Assembly (NCBI GenBank): GCA_951406725.2 | Contig: OX597835.1 | Coordinates: forward strand, 744,001-808,000 | DNA: 64,000 nucleotides | Direction: 5' to 3' | DNA from: Octopus vulgaris | Taxonomy: Eukaryota | Shown: one piece after another, positions 26,701 to 41,145 of the stretch | How positions within the stretch are numbered: position 1 is the first letter of the stretch | Layout: each line of letters starts with the position of its first letter | Notes under the pieces: generated by a model | Told to the model about the DNA's origin: nothing | What the model saw: only the letters and a program-made list of their open reading frames with translations | The model's database searches: none | Position numbers and translations under genes: made by a program

Positions 26701-29700
26701 ACTGGTACTTATTTCATCAACCCCAAAACAACAAAAGTCAAAGACATCTTTGGTGAAATCTGAATTCTGAATGCAAAGATGGAAGAAATACGGCTAAGCA
26801 TTTTGTCCAGCACACTAAGGATTCTGCCAGATCACCCCCTTTCTTTTTATTCTGCTGCTGCTGCTGCTGCTGCCAATGCTGATGACGATGATGATGATGA
26901 TAATAATAATAATAATAACTCACAGAACAGAGACTATGTGATAAAGCTAGAGCAATATGAAAAAATTGTTGGTTCATAGAAGCAGAGCCCGAAGCTATCA
27001 AAAGATGGGTCTTGGAAAATAGCAGCAGAGATAACAATGAAAATACAGTTCTTACAAATAGAAGTAATCTCATAGCACAGGAAAAGAGCAGTGGTAGTTT
27101 ACTTGATGAGGGACATATATATGTCTCTCATATAGACATATAAGAGACATATAGATCTAAAAGAAGACAATAAAACTAATGGCAACATGACAGATGAACA
27201 AAAGGCAATCTATGACAGAATGAAGGCAAGACTACAGGAGAAGGATAGCAACATTATTTGCAACCTTAAAAAGGTTGATCGGTGGAAACTGAACCAAGAA
27301 ACGAAAAATGTCAATGAAATCCTGAAATACATCAGAACAAACATCACAGAAACAAATAATTTGATCAAAGCAGCAAGTATTGTTGTAGCAGAAAATGTGG
27401 GTCTTGATGTCATGAAAAAGAAATATAATGGGAGGGACAAAAGAAAAGATCCATGGTGGAAAAGAAGAATAGAGGCAGGGTTAGATATGCTCTTGAAGGA
27501 AATCTCTGTGTTAGATTGAAAAGAGAAAGGGGAGCTAAAAAGCAAACAAGAATACAGGGCGCTGAAAAGGAAGTATAATATTGAAAGAAAGGGCCTGAAA
27601 GTGGTAATGGAGGAACTGAAACAGTGCCTTGTTACAAAGAAAGCAAAGATGGTAAGATACAACCAAAGAATGAAGGGTTACCACTAGAATAGGTTATTCA
27701 GAGTAGATCAGAAGAGATTCTATAAAGAAATAAATGGATACCAGATAAAAATGAAAGTCAAAGGTTTTGGAGTGACAACTGGAGCAAAGACAAGGAGCAC
27801 AAGAAGGATGCTGAATGGTTGTAAGAACTGAAACAAACAGTAGTCTGTCCAAAACAGGCAGAACTAGTCATTTCAGTTAGGGGAGTGAAGGAAATCAGCA
27901 AAAAGTGAGCAACTGGAAAGTCCTGGGACCAGATGGAGTTCAAGGCTACTGGATCAAAGGATTTGGTGAATGTCATGCATGAATAGCTGCACAATTCAAC
28001 ATCAACCAAGTAACACCAGAGTGGTTGACATTGGGTAGGACAGTGTCGTGCCTGAAAAACATTGAAAAAGGCAATACGGTAGACAATTACAGGTTGATAT
28101 CCTGTTTGCCACTTACATGGAAGTTATTGATTGGAATACTTGCAGAGTCAATGTACAAACATCTGGGAAAAAAATGGAGTCCTGCTACATGAGCAGAAGG
28201 GTTGCAAGCTTAAGTGCAGAGGTACCAAGGATCAACTCCTGACAGACAAAACTGTACTTAGACTCTGCAAGAGGAGGAAAAGTAACTTAGCCATGTCATG
28301 GATCGACTATTGTAAGGCGCATATGATCCCACACTCTTGGATTATGGAGTGTATGAACGTATTTGGTATTGCATCGAATGTTGAGCAATTGCTTGGAAAA
28401 ATCATGGCGAATTGAAGGAAGGACCTGACAGCATATGGAAGAAGTTTAGGGAGAGTAGAAATTAGGAGGGACATTTTCCAGGGGGACTGCCTGTCACCAC
28501 TGATCTTTGTACTGTGCTTGATACCACTAACACTGATTCTGAGGAAAGCAAAAGCTGGGTATGTATTCAAAATCCGCCAACAAAAAGTCAACCATTTGTG
28601 TCTCATGGATGACCTCAAACTTTATGGTAAGGATGAAGCCCAAGTCAGTTCCCTCGCTGATACGGTGTATACTTTCAGTGCTGATATCAGAATGGAGTTC
28701 AGACTGAGAAAGTGTGGTATGTTAGTCTTGAAGAGAGGCAAAATCAAATGTATGGATGGACTAATGATACGGTCGGGGGAGGTTATGAAGCAGATAGAAG
28801 AGACAGGCTATAAGTACTTGGGGATTTTGGAAATGGATAAACTGATGGAGAAAGAAATGACAGAAAAATTTAAGGTGGAGTACTTGTGCGGACTGAGACT
28901 GATCCTTAAGTTGAAATTAAACGGACGGAATAAGATTGAAGCTATCAACACCTGGGTGGTTTCACTCCTTAGATATGGAGCAGTAGTAATCACATGGACA
29001 GTAGACAAACTAAACATCTTAGACAGAAAGACAAAGAAGTTACTAACTAGATATGGGACATTCCACCCAAAAAGTGACACAGATAGACTGTATGTACCAA
29101 GAAAAAGAGGGGGAAGAGGACTTATTGGATGCGAACACAGCACTAGAGCAGAAGAAAACAACATAGCATAGTATGTAAAAAATGCCTCAGAACCACTGTT
29201 ATTGGGTGTAAGAAGGTCAGGCTTGTGTAGGATGAAAGATTGCAAAGATAAAGCACTGTACAAGTAATTGAAAACAAATGAAACTGAAAACAGGTGGGTA
29301 AAGAAAAGAATGTGTGGACAATTTCATAGGGATGTTAAAGATAAGACAGACGGAGAAAAAAGATGGCTGTGGATGACTAAAAGTGATTTAAAACCGGAAA
29401 CAGAAGCTCTAATCTGTGCTGTCCAAGAGCACACGAATATATGTGTGTTGATATTAATGAACAGGAGAAAATAATATTCAATACCAAATGAGAGTATAAT
29501 AACTTATTTTGGTTTGCTCAGCACACACACACACGCATGATTCTCAAGATAAAATAAAATGGGAACTAGCTATTTTAAGAGTAGTAGAGATGCTCTTCCT
29601 GCTCCACACCACTTCAAATATATAAATAAAGATATCATGAGGCAAAAAAAAAAATGTAATGCCATACCTGTACAAAGAAGACCCAACAGGTGTACTTTCA

Positions 29701-32700
29701 TCTACACTTAAAGAACTTGGAACAATCTCAAATTCTGGAATGTGGTTATTAATATCCTATTAAGAAAAACATTGCTGTTATAGTTTACAAGTTAATTTCA
29801 ACAATGCATTTTAAAGTAATATTAAGTCATATTATTTGCTTTAAATATTATTTTTAATTATTATAAATTATAATATTGACCATTATATTTATTTTATATA
29901 GTAAGAGATGATTAATAGCTCCACTGCTAACAGGAATTCCAAGAAGCCAATCACAGTTTCACTGTGTATCTCACGGTTAGGCTAATAACAGAGTGTCTAT
30001 GGAACACAGGGCAGGACAGCTATGACAAGCGATTAAAAATAGTCGTAACATCACTTCCTATGGAACAGTCATGTTTTAGTGACGAAGAACATTACTTCTC
30101 GGTAGAGTTACTACTTTCATCTCTTATAGAAATTGTCTAGCTGGCTAATTTGCTTGTTACAAGATGGGCAAGGCTGGCAGCGGGAATACCACCTTGGTGT
30201 TCTATAGAGGGCTAGTAGAGGCAAAAAATGATGACGTCCTTGGAGGGGCTCTGGGGTTCAATGAGAACCAACTTGCCAACCTGTTAAAAAACAACTTTCA
30301 GGCCGGAGTACTTGGACAACTTCCAAAAATCCCTGACCTGGCAGTGCTACAGGGATGCATTACCTGTTCACGATAAGTCATGCAGGCACAGTTTGTCAGT
30401 GCCACCGATTTGTCCAAGATGTGGGCTGGACGGTGAAACCGTTCAGCATGTTTTTGTACAATGTCGGGAACTATCTAGCTTGATAAGTTACGTTGAACAC
30501 GTGTTGTCGCATCTGGAACGAGTACAGCTGTCGGCTGGATCTATAATAAAGATCATACCACCAACTGGACCCTCAAAGGAAGGTAAGGCTTGTTTTTACT
30601 GTACAGTTGCAGTACTGAAAGAGTGTGTTTGGAGGACTAGAATGGAAGGTTTTGTGACAGAGTCCTTTGTCTCTGGCCCCGGTTTGCTATCCTACCTCAG
30701 ATACCATCTGAAGAGCAAGATGGGGTTGGAGAGGAAGACCCTGCCACCAAGTGAATACGAGAAACGATGGAAGGATGTGATGAGAAAGGTGGGTGTCAGT
30801 AACCCAGCTTAATCATTGATGAAAGGAAAAACTAGTTGCTGGGACTTATAGGCTGTGGGGTTCAATCTTTTTGAACCTTCTATTCTTTTCCCTTTTTGTT
30901 ATTATGTGTTGTTTGATTTCTAGTTTAAGAAAACAAAAATGTTCTCGTGCAAAGGCAAAAGTAAGCCAAAATATTTCTGTTAAATTATATCATAATTATA
31001 TTTAAAAAAGAAAAAGTCTCATTCGAACTCTCATAGCATTTTTGTATATTGTTTGTCCTGTATTGTTTCATTCTATGTCTGAATTACAAAAATCGATTCC
31101 AGGTGAGAATGCGAACGATAAAGCCGTGGGAACGTGCATTTGTACGTGCAAGTACATCAGCTGTTGTGATGTACTTACTGGTACTTTAAACTCTTCGGTT
31201 GCATATTTGTGTGAATAAAATCGTTTTTCTTTGGAATAGAAAAAAGTCTATCGTTATTTCTTCTTTTGCTGGTGTCCCAAATTTAGGTTAAATCAGTGTT
31301 TCTCAAAGGAGAGGCCTATGGGACGGTTGGACAAGTTGTTTTGAGAAAATTTGGTTTAAATGTTCGACAACTCAGCACCGTCCATTGGACGGGGGGCGTT
31401 TTGCTCGTATATATACCAATGACAAGTATCACCTTATTGCAATTTCGTGGACTGAACAGCTCTAAGTCTACCATAGACATGTCTTATGAATAGTGAGTGA
31501 CAGGAGAGGCCCTCAAGTCCTTAAGTGAGCTGGTTTTGCAGCTACAGTAATGAGGGTATTATTATGGTCACTCTATTTGTTAGAAATAACAGCTAAATCT
31601 CCTTCAAAACACAAAAGATTGAAGATTATATTGGATAATATGTCCCTAGATACATTATGACTGATAAAAATGCCTTGGATTGCTACAGTTGAAATATGTT
31701 TGGCCTCAGGTCACCTAGATCAAGGATAACACGTGGTTAAACAATATCAATTCAAATAATGTAGATCTTACCTTAAAATATATTTCTACTTTCATGGTGC
31801 CAGTCATATTCATATTATTTTTGTTGGAAGCTGTGATAACAAGACTTATTCTTCTTTCCAGAAAGGTTTCATTTTTGCAGGAAGAATTCTTCAGATACAG
31901 AGAGCCATTGCTTATTACAAAATGGGGATCGTTTGTAGAATAGACATTGGCTTGGTTCTCTGGGGAAATATCATCATCAGTTGCCTGAACAAAAAAAAAA
32001 ATGCCAAACAGGAAAGTGAAAGAGCAGTCATTATTACATTTTGTAAAGATATGAAATAAATTTTCTAGACATGCAAAAGGACCTCGACCCTGATTTTGGA
32101 GTAAAAAAAGTTGTTGAGAAGTCGATGCTGTTTTACATTAAATATGACATTAGTGAATCTGTTTGACTGATTGATCTAAAAAATTCCAGTCTGATAATTC
32201 ATAATTTATTGGTTCACAAGTAAGTATAAATAATTTTATCTCAATAAGTAACTATACAAAAATGATTGTGAAAACTTTAAGAGGTGATATCAAAAGGTTC
32301 TCTAATTACCTATTTGAAATAGTCACCTTGCACAGCAATATACCATTCCTAGCGTTCCTGTCGCTTTTGGAATCCAGCCTGGAAGTTGTTTTCTGTAAGT
32401 AGGTTGAGGACCTTCTGTGATTTGCTCTGGACCTCAACAACAGTGTTAAAATGGCACCCTTTGAGCTGCATTTTCATTTTGGGGGAGAGAGGGAAGTCTG
32501 CCGGTGGTACATCTGGTGAATAGGTGGGGTGTGGAAGCGATACCATGTTGTTTTTGGTGTGAAACCCACAAGACAAATGAGGAGATCTTAGTGCCAAGGT
32601 GTGTTGTCATCGTGAAGAATCCAATTCTTCACACTCCACAGATTCAGTTGCTTCGGTCCAATGTCCTCTCTCTAACACTTCAAAACGTCACAGCAGAACT

Positions 32701-35700
32701 TTTGATTGACAATTTGACCCTGGGAGATGAATTCTCAATACGTAATACTACATTTCTGGGGGGGGGGGGGGGGTGACGCTTGTGGAAGATCTTCTAGGGA
32801 TGGTCTTCGACTTTTGAAGTGCCAATGCTACTCAAAACATTGCATACAACCCATTGCCTTATTGTTGCTCAATGTCTCAGTAGAAGACTTCTCAAGTTTA
32901 ATGCAAAATTTCATGTTGGATCTTTGTTCCTGTCCATGACAAAATCACAAACTACAGTATACATGTGATTACAAAAACAAATTTCACAACTTGCAAAGTA
33001 AACACAACGGTGTCACTCAGCACACTGCCTTCATGAAGGTCACTGCTAGCTTCTGTTTAATGCTGCCATTTATTGGTGTGCTACAGAACTAGTCTGGGGA
33101 CTTATTGATGCCACCTTTTAAAAATGATTGCACCACCAAAAAATGGAAACTGCCTCAAAAATAATTTCCACCATCAAAAATGATTATCTATCCTTTCATA
33201 AATTATTACCTCCATCAAAAATGTCTTCCTATTAGAAATGATTGCAAGCCTCCACCCACTCACTGGTCAAAAATAATTGTCCCTGCTAAAAATGACTGTC
33301 TCAGTGATGAATGATTTCCCTCCATCAGAAAAGATTGCTCCCTTAACAAAAAAAATTGCTCACTCTCCTTCATAAATCATTAGCTTCTATCAAAAAGTAT
33401 AATTCTTTTGTTAAAAATGATTGCTTAATCAAAAGTAATTTTCATCATCCTATGGAACAGTCATGCAACTGCCAAGCACTATGTATAATCAAAGTAAGCC
33501 CCCAGTAAACCTAGAAAATGATCTCCCTCTTTACATAAAGCTTAGCGTCATGAAACAATTTGTGAAGACACTTGCTAGGAACTTCAGAAGGGTTTGAATA
33601 TGTGAAGGCCATGTTTCCAAAAATCACTAAGGCAAAAATGAAGGAAGGTATATTCATAGGTCTGCAGATAAAAGAACTTCTTCACAACACTGGATGAGAT
33701 TGAGTTTAAAGTCTGGAAATCTTTTAAATGATCTTGTGAAAATTTCCTGGGAAACAACATATTTCCAGAGCTTAGAAATGGAGTGAAATATCTTCTAGAC
33801 TCCTATGTTGTAATGGGCTGTCAGATGCCTCTAAAAATCCATTTCTTTTGATTTTGCAGAGAAGCCTGGGGCAGTGTTTGATGAGTAAGGAGAATGCTTT
33901 CATCAGGATACTACTTCAATGGATTAATGATATCAAAGATTTTGAGATAAAGGAATGTTAGCTGGCTACCATTGGATGTTATATGTGGATGAACCTGAGA
34001 TGAAAGCACAATAGAAACTCCAAATCTCAAAGATTTTCATTGTAACTCAATAGGGTGTATTCTATAGTAATTTTGATTTTGTACATCATGCAAAAAAGCC
34101 ATAAAAGAGTCAGGTCTTACATTCAGTATATCTTATATGGATTTGCTTTATATCCTCTGTACACAAAAACAACAGGTACTGGTAATAATAAAATATGAAG
34201 AACTGACTTCAGATCTATCATCAGTATCAGAAATAAGCACAGAAAAATCAATTTGCAACTCAATGATGGAAAAAAGTTTCATTTTGTTGACAATAACCGC
34301 ACATCAAAAACTATTGCCACTAAAAGTTTTTCTCATCAACATTGATTTTTTTCTGCTCTATAAAAATAACTGCACCACAGGCAACAATTTCTGCATTGCA
34401 TCTTACATGCTACCAAGCTGGATGCTGATTGAGATGACATTATACAATTGATTGGTTATGAGTAAGAAGATTAAGAGCTGTAAAATGGTTACCTTATCAA
34501 AAACTGATTTCCCTTATTTAAAAAATCACTCTCTTGCTTGCTCCATAGAAAAAAAAGAGAAACACTTGCGTTTACAAAAATGTTGGTTCTATCAAAATCC
34601 ATTGTTCCTTAAAAAAAGTTCTTCTCGTCAACATTGATTTTTCTGATCAAATGAAAATGCTCCTAACTGAAGTTTTTATAAATAGAATGTTAAATAAGAT
34701 GACGCACCTTTGGTGTGTATATGGGCTCACCACACATCTTGTCTTCCTGCACTGTTATTTGAATTGAATCTTTTTCAAACTTTGGTTTTTTATTGTTGCT
34801 GTCTTTCACATCAACTACAACTTGTGCCACACCATAATGCTGCTTGTTACTGTCAAATGCTTGGACCACAAAACAATATTTGGTTGGTTTGTTAAGTTTC
34901 TGTTTTATTGTTATGATTCCTGACCCAGCATCAATGTTGAAGTATCTGAATGAAAGAAAAAAACCACGTGTATGAGTGTTTGAATGCATCATCAACATCG
35001 TCTACTAAGGTTTAGCCAGTTTGACGGGAGCTGGAAAACCGAGAGGACTGTGCCAAGCTCTACTGTGTGCTTTGGTGTGGTTTCTAAGGCTGGACGTTCT
35101 TCCGAATGCCATCCACATTACAAAGTGCAATTGAGTACTTTTTCTATGGCACCAAGTAACTTGCAAGATTAAAACTTCCCAACCAAGAGAGGGAGCGAAA
35201 TTAAGGGAAGTGGTTTTGGAGCAGATGATGAGAGGTTAAAGTATGATAGAGGGACTGAAACAGGTGTCTAGTTGTAGAGGCGGTAACATGGCAACTCCAG
35301 TTGGGGGGAGGAAGAGAGAGGAAGAGAAGATGGTGAAGAATATGTATCAGGATGGAAGCTCAAGGTACAGGAAGGTGCATATAAGAGAAATGATAAGGAG
35401 AATTGAATTGAGTGAGTAAGCAAGGGGTTCACAAGAGTAGAAGACAGAAGAGAGGGGAAAGGGAATGTAGTGGTTAGCAAACATAAGTAAATAGGGGATT
35501 GGCAGGGCAGCAATGATACACTTGGATGGGGTTGGGCTGCAGGAGAAGGTAGGGAGAAAGATAAGTGCATGATGAGTTGTAGTTTGGTGTGGGGAGGAAT
35601 GAAAAGGCAGATTAAAAATTGAGTGGTATTTATGTTTTGTGGAAAATTAGATTTAATGATACTAAAAAACTGTTTAAACAATACCTTAAAATTTTAAGTA

Positions 35701-37909
35701 GGAAGGAAATGTATACGAAAGGATATGTCTGTTCCCACTCTTGTTAGCTGGATGGAGGCACATGGCCGAGTCGTTAGAGCAGTGGACTCGCAGTTCGAGG
35801 GTTCGAATATCAGACTGGGTGATGTGTGTGTTTATGAGCAAATCACCACTCTTTCCTCCTGCACCTTGCAGCTCATGTGTGACGGACTGGCATCCCATAC
35901 AGGTGGGGAACCTATACGCCAATGAAACCGGGGAACGGGCCCTTATGAGCCAGGCATTGCTCGAGAAGGAACAAACAAAAAAACAACAACTCTTGTTAGC
36001 TAATCCCAAGGCTTGTCAATTAGTTTTTGTTTCAGGATCTTTCCTTATGTATGCACTTTTATGTTTGGACTCAAGTGGAGGGCTGTAGCTATCAATGCAC
36101 CTATGGCAGGATGTAATGCTACACCTAAGAGTGGATCTATTATAGCATCTTCAAATACGCACAAACTCAGTCATTGTAATTCACACAACCCCACCCATAA
36201 CAATAGTAATAGCTATAACTTGGGTAGAAACTATAATAATAGTAGTGGAAACCTTAATAGCAACAATGATAATGAGAGTGATAATGGTAACAGCAATATT
36301 AATAATCCTTTCTGTTATAGTCGCAAAGCCTGACATTTTGGGGAATGGTGAGGGCTGGTTGATTACACACTGACCCCAATGTTCAACTGGTACTTATTTT
36401 ATCAATCCCAAAAGGATGAAAAGCAAAGTTGAACCAGGTAGAATTTGAACTCTGAATGTAAAGATGGACTAAATGCTGTTTGGCATTTTGTCCAGTGTGC
36501 TAATGATTTTGCCAGCTTGCTGCCTTAATAATAACAATAACAACAACAACAATGATAATTCTTTCTACTATAGGCCCAAGGCCTGACATTCTGGGAGAAG
36601 TAGCTACTTGATTACATTGATTCTCGTGTGCAACTAATACAATATTCAATAATATTAATACGACAATTTTTTGTTTGTTTTTGTATGTACCTGTGGTGTG
36701 TGTCATACTTACTTCAAAGGAAGAGGTTGTCGGCAACCTTATTTGAAACCAGTGCCGTCAGGTTTTGAGAACCATCTAGAGTTATCTCCCCTGTCCCATC
36801 GTTAACAGCGAGGTGGCATTCGTTAGATATAAAAAGACGCACACAGCCAAAGAACATCCTCTTTTCCTTTCCCACGCGACCTGCAGCTAACTACGTCTTC
36901 TCCATCTCTGTTCCTGCTACGGGACAACCCTGCGTTGATTTGAATTTTGTTAAATCCTCCATACCAGTTATGGAAGGCGGCGAGACGAAAACCATTTCTT
37001 ATTCAACTTCCATTCTGTTCTGTTGAATGTTAATACACCAGCTGTGTAGAAATGCTCTCATCCCGGATTGGAATAAATACTCCATGGAGATGAAGTCTTC
37101 GAAAACGCACACGAATTGCTGTTGTTTCCTCACTGGATTAATTCCTACAGCTATCGAAGGATGACCGAACATTATATTAAATTAGTGAGCAGAAAGGTAA
37201 AAAGATTTGAAGGGAGAGGTACAAAGAAAAAGATAAATAAAAGGTGTTAAGCAGAAGAAATATATATATTTTGAGAGGGGAGGGGCAGAGGCAGAGCAGC
37301 AAAGAGGAGGGAGTGAGAAAGAGAGAGAGAGAGAGAGAAATAAGGGAGATTGATAGTGGTGAGAGGTAAGAGAAATGCAGGAGGATGGTTAGAGGCAAGG
37401 AAACACAGAAGAGAGAGAGGGAAAAGAGAGAGAGAGAGATTAAGTGAAGGAAGGGAGTGATAAAGAGAATGGAAACCATTCTCAAACAGAAAACACAGGT
37501 TAACTTTTCATTTTTGATGATATATGATAAAGCCATTGAAAATATGGAAATTGCAAAAAGAAATGTTGCCTGTCTGTCTGTCAGTCAGTCAGTCATTCTG
37601 TCTGTCTGTCTGCCTGTCTCTCTAACGCACACTCGCTCTATCCCTCTGTCTCTCTCTCTCTCTATCCCTCTGTCTCTCTCTCGCTCTATCCCTCTGTCTC
37701 TCTCTCTCTCTATCCCTCTGTCTCTCTCTCGCTCTATCCCTCTGTCTGTCTCTCTCTCTCTATCCCTCTGTCTCTCTCTCGCTCTATCCCTCTGTCTCTC
37801 TCTCGCTCTATCCCTCTGTCTCTCTCTCTCTCTATCCCTCTGTCTCTCTCTCTCTCTATCCCTCTGTCTCTCTCTCGCTCTATCCCTCTGTCTCTCTCTC
37901 GCTCTATCC

Positions 37910-37949
<40 letters not shown>

Positions 37950-40775
37950 GCAAATAGCTGTGGATGTTACGGTTACTTTTCTACAATTGAAGAGAGAAGT
38001 AGAAAGATAAAGAGAAACAAAAACTGTTAAGCAGAGGAGATATAGTTGAAGCGAGTGGCAGAGAGAGAGAGAGAGGAGGGACAGAGAGGGAGTGAGAGAG
38101 AGGAGAAACAGAAAGGGAGGGACAGAGAGGGAGTGAGAGAGAAAGAGAGAGAGAGAGATGACTGAAAGGAAGGTGGCGTTCGTTTCGTGTTTTTAAATGT
38201 TTATCAGTATTTTCAGTAGACAGATACATACATCACAAGAAAAGTAGATACAGAGAGTGAGCGAAAAATTGATAGATAGATATATAGAAAGATTGTTAAA
38301 TCAAAGAGAAATAACCACAGCAAATACTGGATGTCACTCGAACTTTTCATTAGCACATGAGGATAAAATTAACTTGCAACTGGCTGAGTACTCCACAGAC
38401 ATGCATACAATCAACGTAGTTCTTAAGGAGATTCAGCCTCACACAGAATATGACAAATCTGGCCCCTCTCAATCACAGCTACAATTCATTTTGGCCAGTC
38501 GAGAGGACTGGAGCAAGATAAACCTTCAAGTGGTGGAAAGAAAACGTAAAAGATCACATGTCTATGTTTTCATTCTGGGAGTTGTAGAATGACCGACTGT
38601 TAGTTCTCTTTTCTTTCCCCCACCCACGGCACTCATTCGCCTTCTTTGATAGTTCATGTCTTTTAGTTGGGGGGAAAGACCATGTTTTTTTCAGGCATGT
38701 GTTTAACATTTTCTGTACAAACTACAAACAAGCCCCCACCCCTGACTTCCTTTTTTTTTCATATAAAAACTAATGCAGATTTCGAATGAGGTTTAGCTGT
38801 AAAAGAAGCCCAGAAAAATGGGTAATACACCCTACAAAATGGGTGGGGGAGAAAAGTTGTCAACAAGTGGTTACACGAAATTCAACTCTGTACTTTAAAG
38901 AGTTCCCTCCACTATTCTATAGCCTCAGACTGACCAATATATATATTTATATATATATGTACATATTTATGTGTTTGTGTCTGCTTTGTACACCCCCCCC
39001 ACACACACACTATCGTTTGGCAACCGATGTTGGTGTGTTTGTGTCCCTGTAACTTAGCTGTTCAGCAAAAGAGACTGATAGAATAAGCACCAGGCTTACA
39101 GGGAACAAGTGCAGGGGTTAATCTCTTCAAGTAAAAGGTGGTGCTCCAGCATTGCCACAGTCAAATGACTGAAACAAGTAAAAGAATAAAAGAATACCGG
39201 AAGAATATTCCATACCACTAAACCAAGAAGGTTCTTTGAATATGTACTAAATAGTCATTCTGTTTACATTTGCATAACTGAGATATTTTGGTTGGATTAT
39301 TTAGTTATCGGTTTTACCACTTCTTTCTATATTCTGTAAGTGTAACAATATAGAAATAGTTCTCATGGCACCAGCTCGCAATTTAAAGATGCTTACATTT
39401 TTTATGTTTCGTTTTGGATTTGGTTTGCAAGATTCTTTATATGAGTTTGTGTGTTGAAGCATATTCTGTTGTGTCTGGGGAGAGTCATTTTCTTTTTGTG
39501 CCTTATTTCCACTTATTTCTTATTTTTATTTTCCTAAAATTTTTTGTTGCTTCTTGCAACCTTTTCAATAGTCTTGAAAAGACGCAACGAAAATTTTAGG
39601 AAAATAAAAATAAGAAATAAGTGGAAATTTTACCGGTGAGTGTGTTACATTATAAGACACAACAGAATACATTTTTTAGGTTTGCCATGAAGTTTTCACG
39701 GGTCCAGCTAGGTAATAGTAATTATAAAAATGAGAATAATATCAATAATAGTAATATGACTGATAATAATAATAATAGAAAGTCTAACAATAATAATACT
39801 TATAATATGGAAATATTCTGGGATGTGATAACAATGAGGGAAGTGGATTTGATATGAATGATTATTATAATTATTATAATTATTTTAATACCATTATGAA
39901 TTCCACTGGATATAGAAATACTTATAAGAATTGTAGCAATGAAGATGGAAGAAGGAAGATTGATAGAATAAGCAGCAGGCTTAAAAGTAAGAACAGGGAG
40001 TCAATTTGTTCAACTAAACTCTTCAGAAGGGTGCTCCAGCATGGCTGCAGTCCAATGACTAAAACAAAATAAAAAAAATATATATATATAGGTGCGGGCA
40101 TGACTGTGTGGTAAAACGCTTGCTTCCCAACCACATGGTTCAGTCTTACTGCATGGCACTTGCACAAGTGTCTTCTGCTGTAGCTAAGGGCCATCCAAGG
40201 TCTTGTGAGTGGATTTGGTAGGCAGAAACTGAAAGAAGGCGGTGAGCTGGCGGAAACGTTAGCATGCTGTGCGAAATGCTTAGCGGTATTTCGTCTGTCT
40301 TTAATGTTCTGAGTTCAAATTCTGCCAAGGTCGACTTTGCCTGTCATCCTTTCGGGGTCGATAAATTAAGTACCTGTTATGCACTGGGGTCAATGTAATC
40401 GACTTAGTCCCTTTGTCTGTCTTTGTTTGTCCCCTCAATGTTTAGCCTCTTGTGGGCAATAAAGAAATAAGAAACTGAAAGCCTGTTGTGTGTGTGCGTG
40501 CACGTGTGTATATATGTGTATGTATATATATATATATATATGTATATATCTATGTGTGTGTGTGTCTATGTTTGTCCCCCACCACTGCTTGACTACTAGT
40601 GCTGGTGTGTTTACATCTCCATAACTTAGCAGTTCAGCAAAAGAGACTGACAAAATAAATACCAGGTTTTAAAAAGAATAAGTCCTGGGGCCAATTTGTT
40701 CAACTAAAAACCCTTCAAGGCAGTGCCCTAGCATGGCCATAATCAAATGACTGAAACAAGTAAAAAATAAAATAT

Positions 40776-40823
<48 letters not shown>

Positions 40824-41112
40824 TTTGTCATGTGTGCATCTGTATGTATGACTATAGAGTATTTTTTACTTACTTGTCACCTGGCAGGTAATATTCGACT
40901 GCATCTCCATCTTTGTCAGTGGCCTACAACAAAAGGTCAAGTATTACATTTAGAATTGCCTGAATTTGTGGCATCTGTGTCATCATCATCATCATCCTTG
41001 TAACCACCGCGATTATCTTAACTGCCAATATCGTTATGTAGTAATTCTGTTTATGCCAATAATTGTGATGAAAATAATGACTTTGGAGATTATTAAGGCA
41101 CTAACGCTGTAG

Positions 41113-41145
<33 letters not shown>

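Noticed and set aside
37457-37957. SL-rich and RE-rich ORFs
   Set aside because: (CT)n minisatellite artefact.
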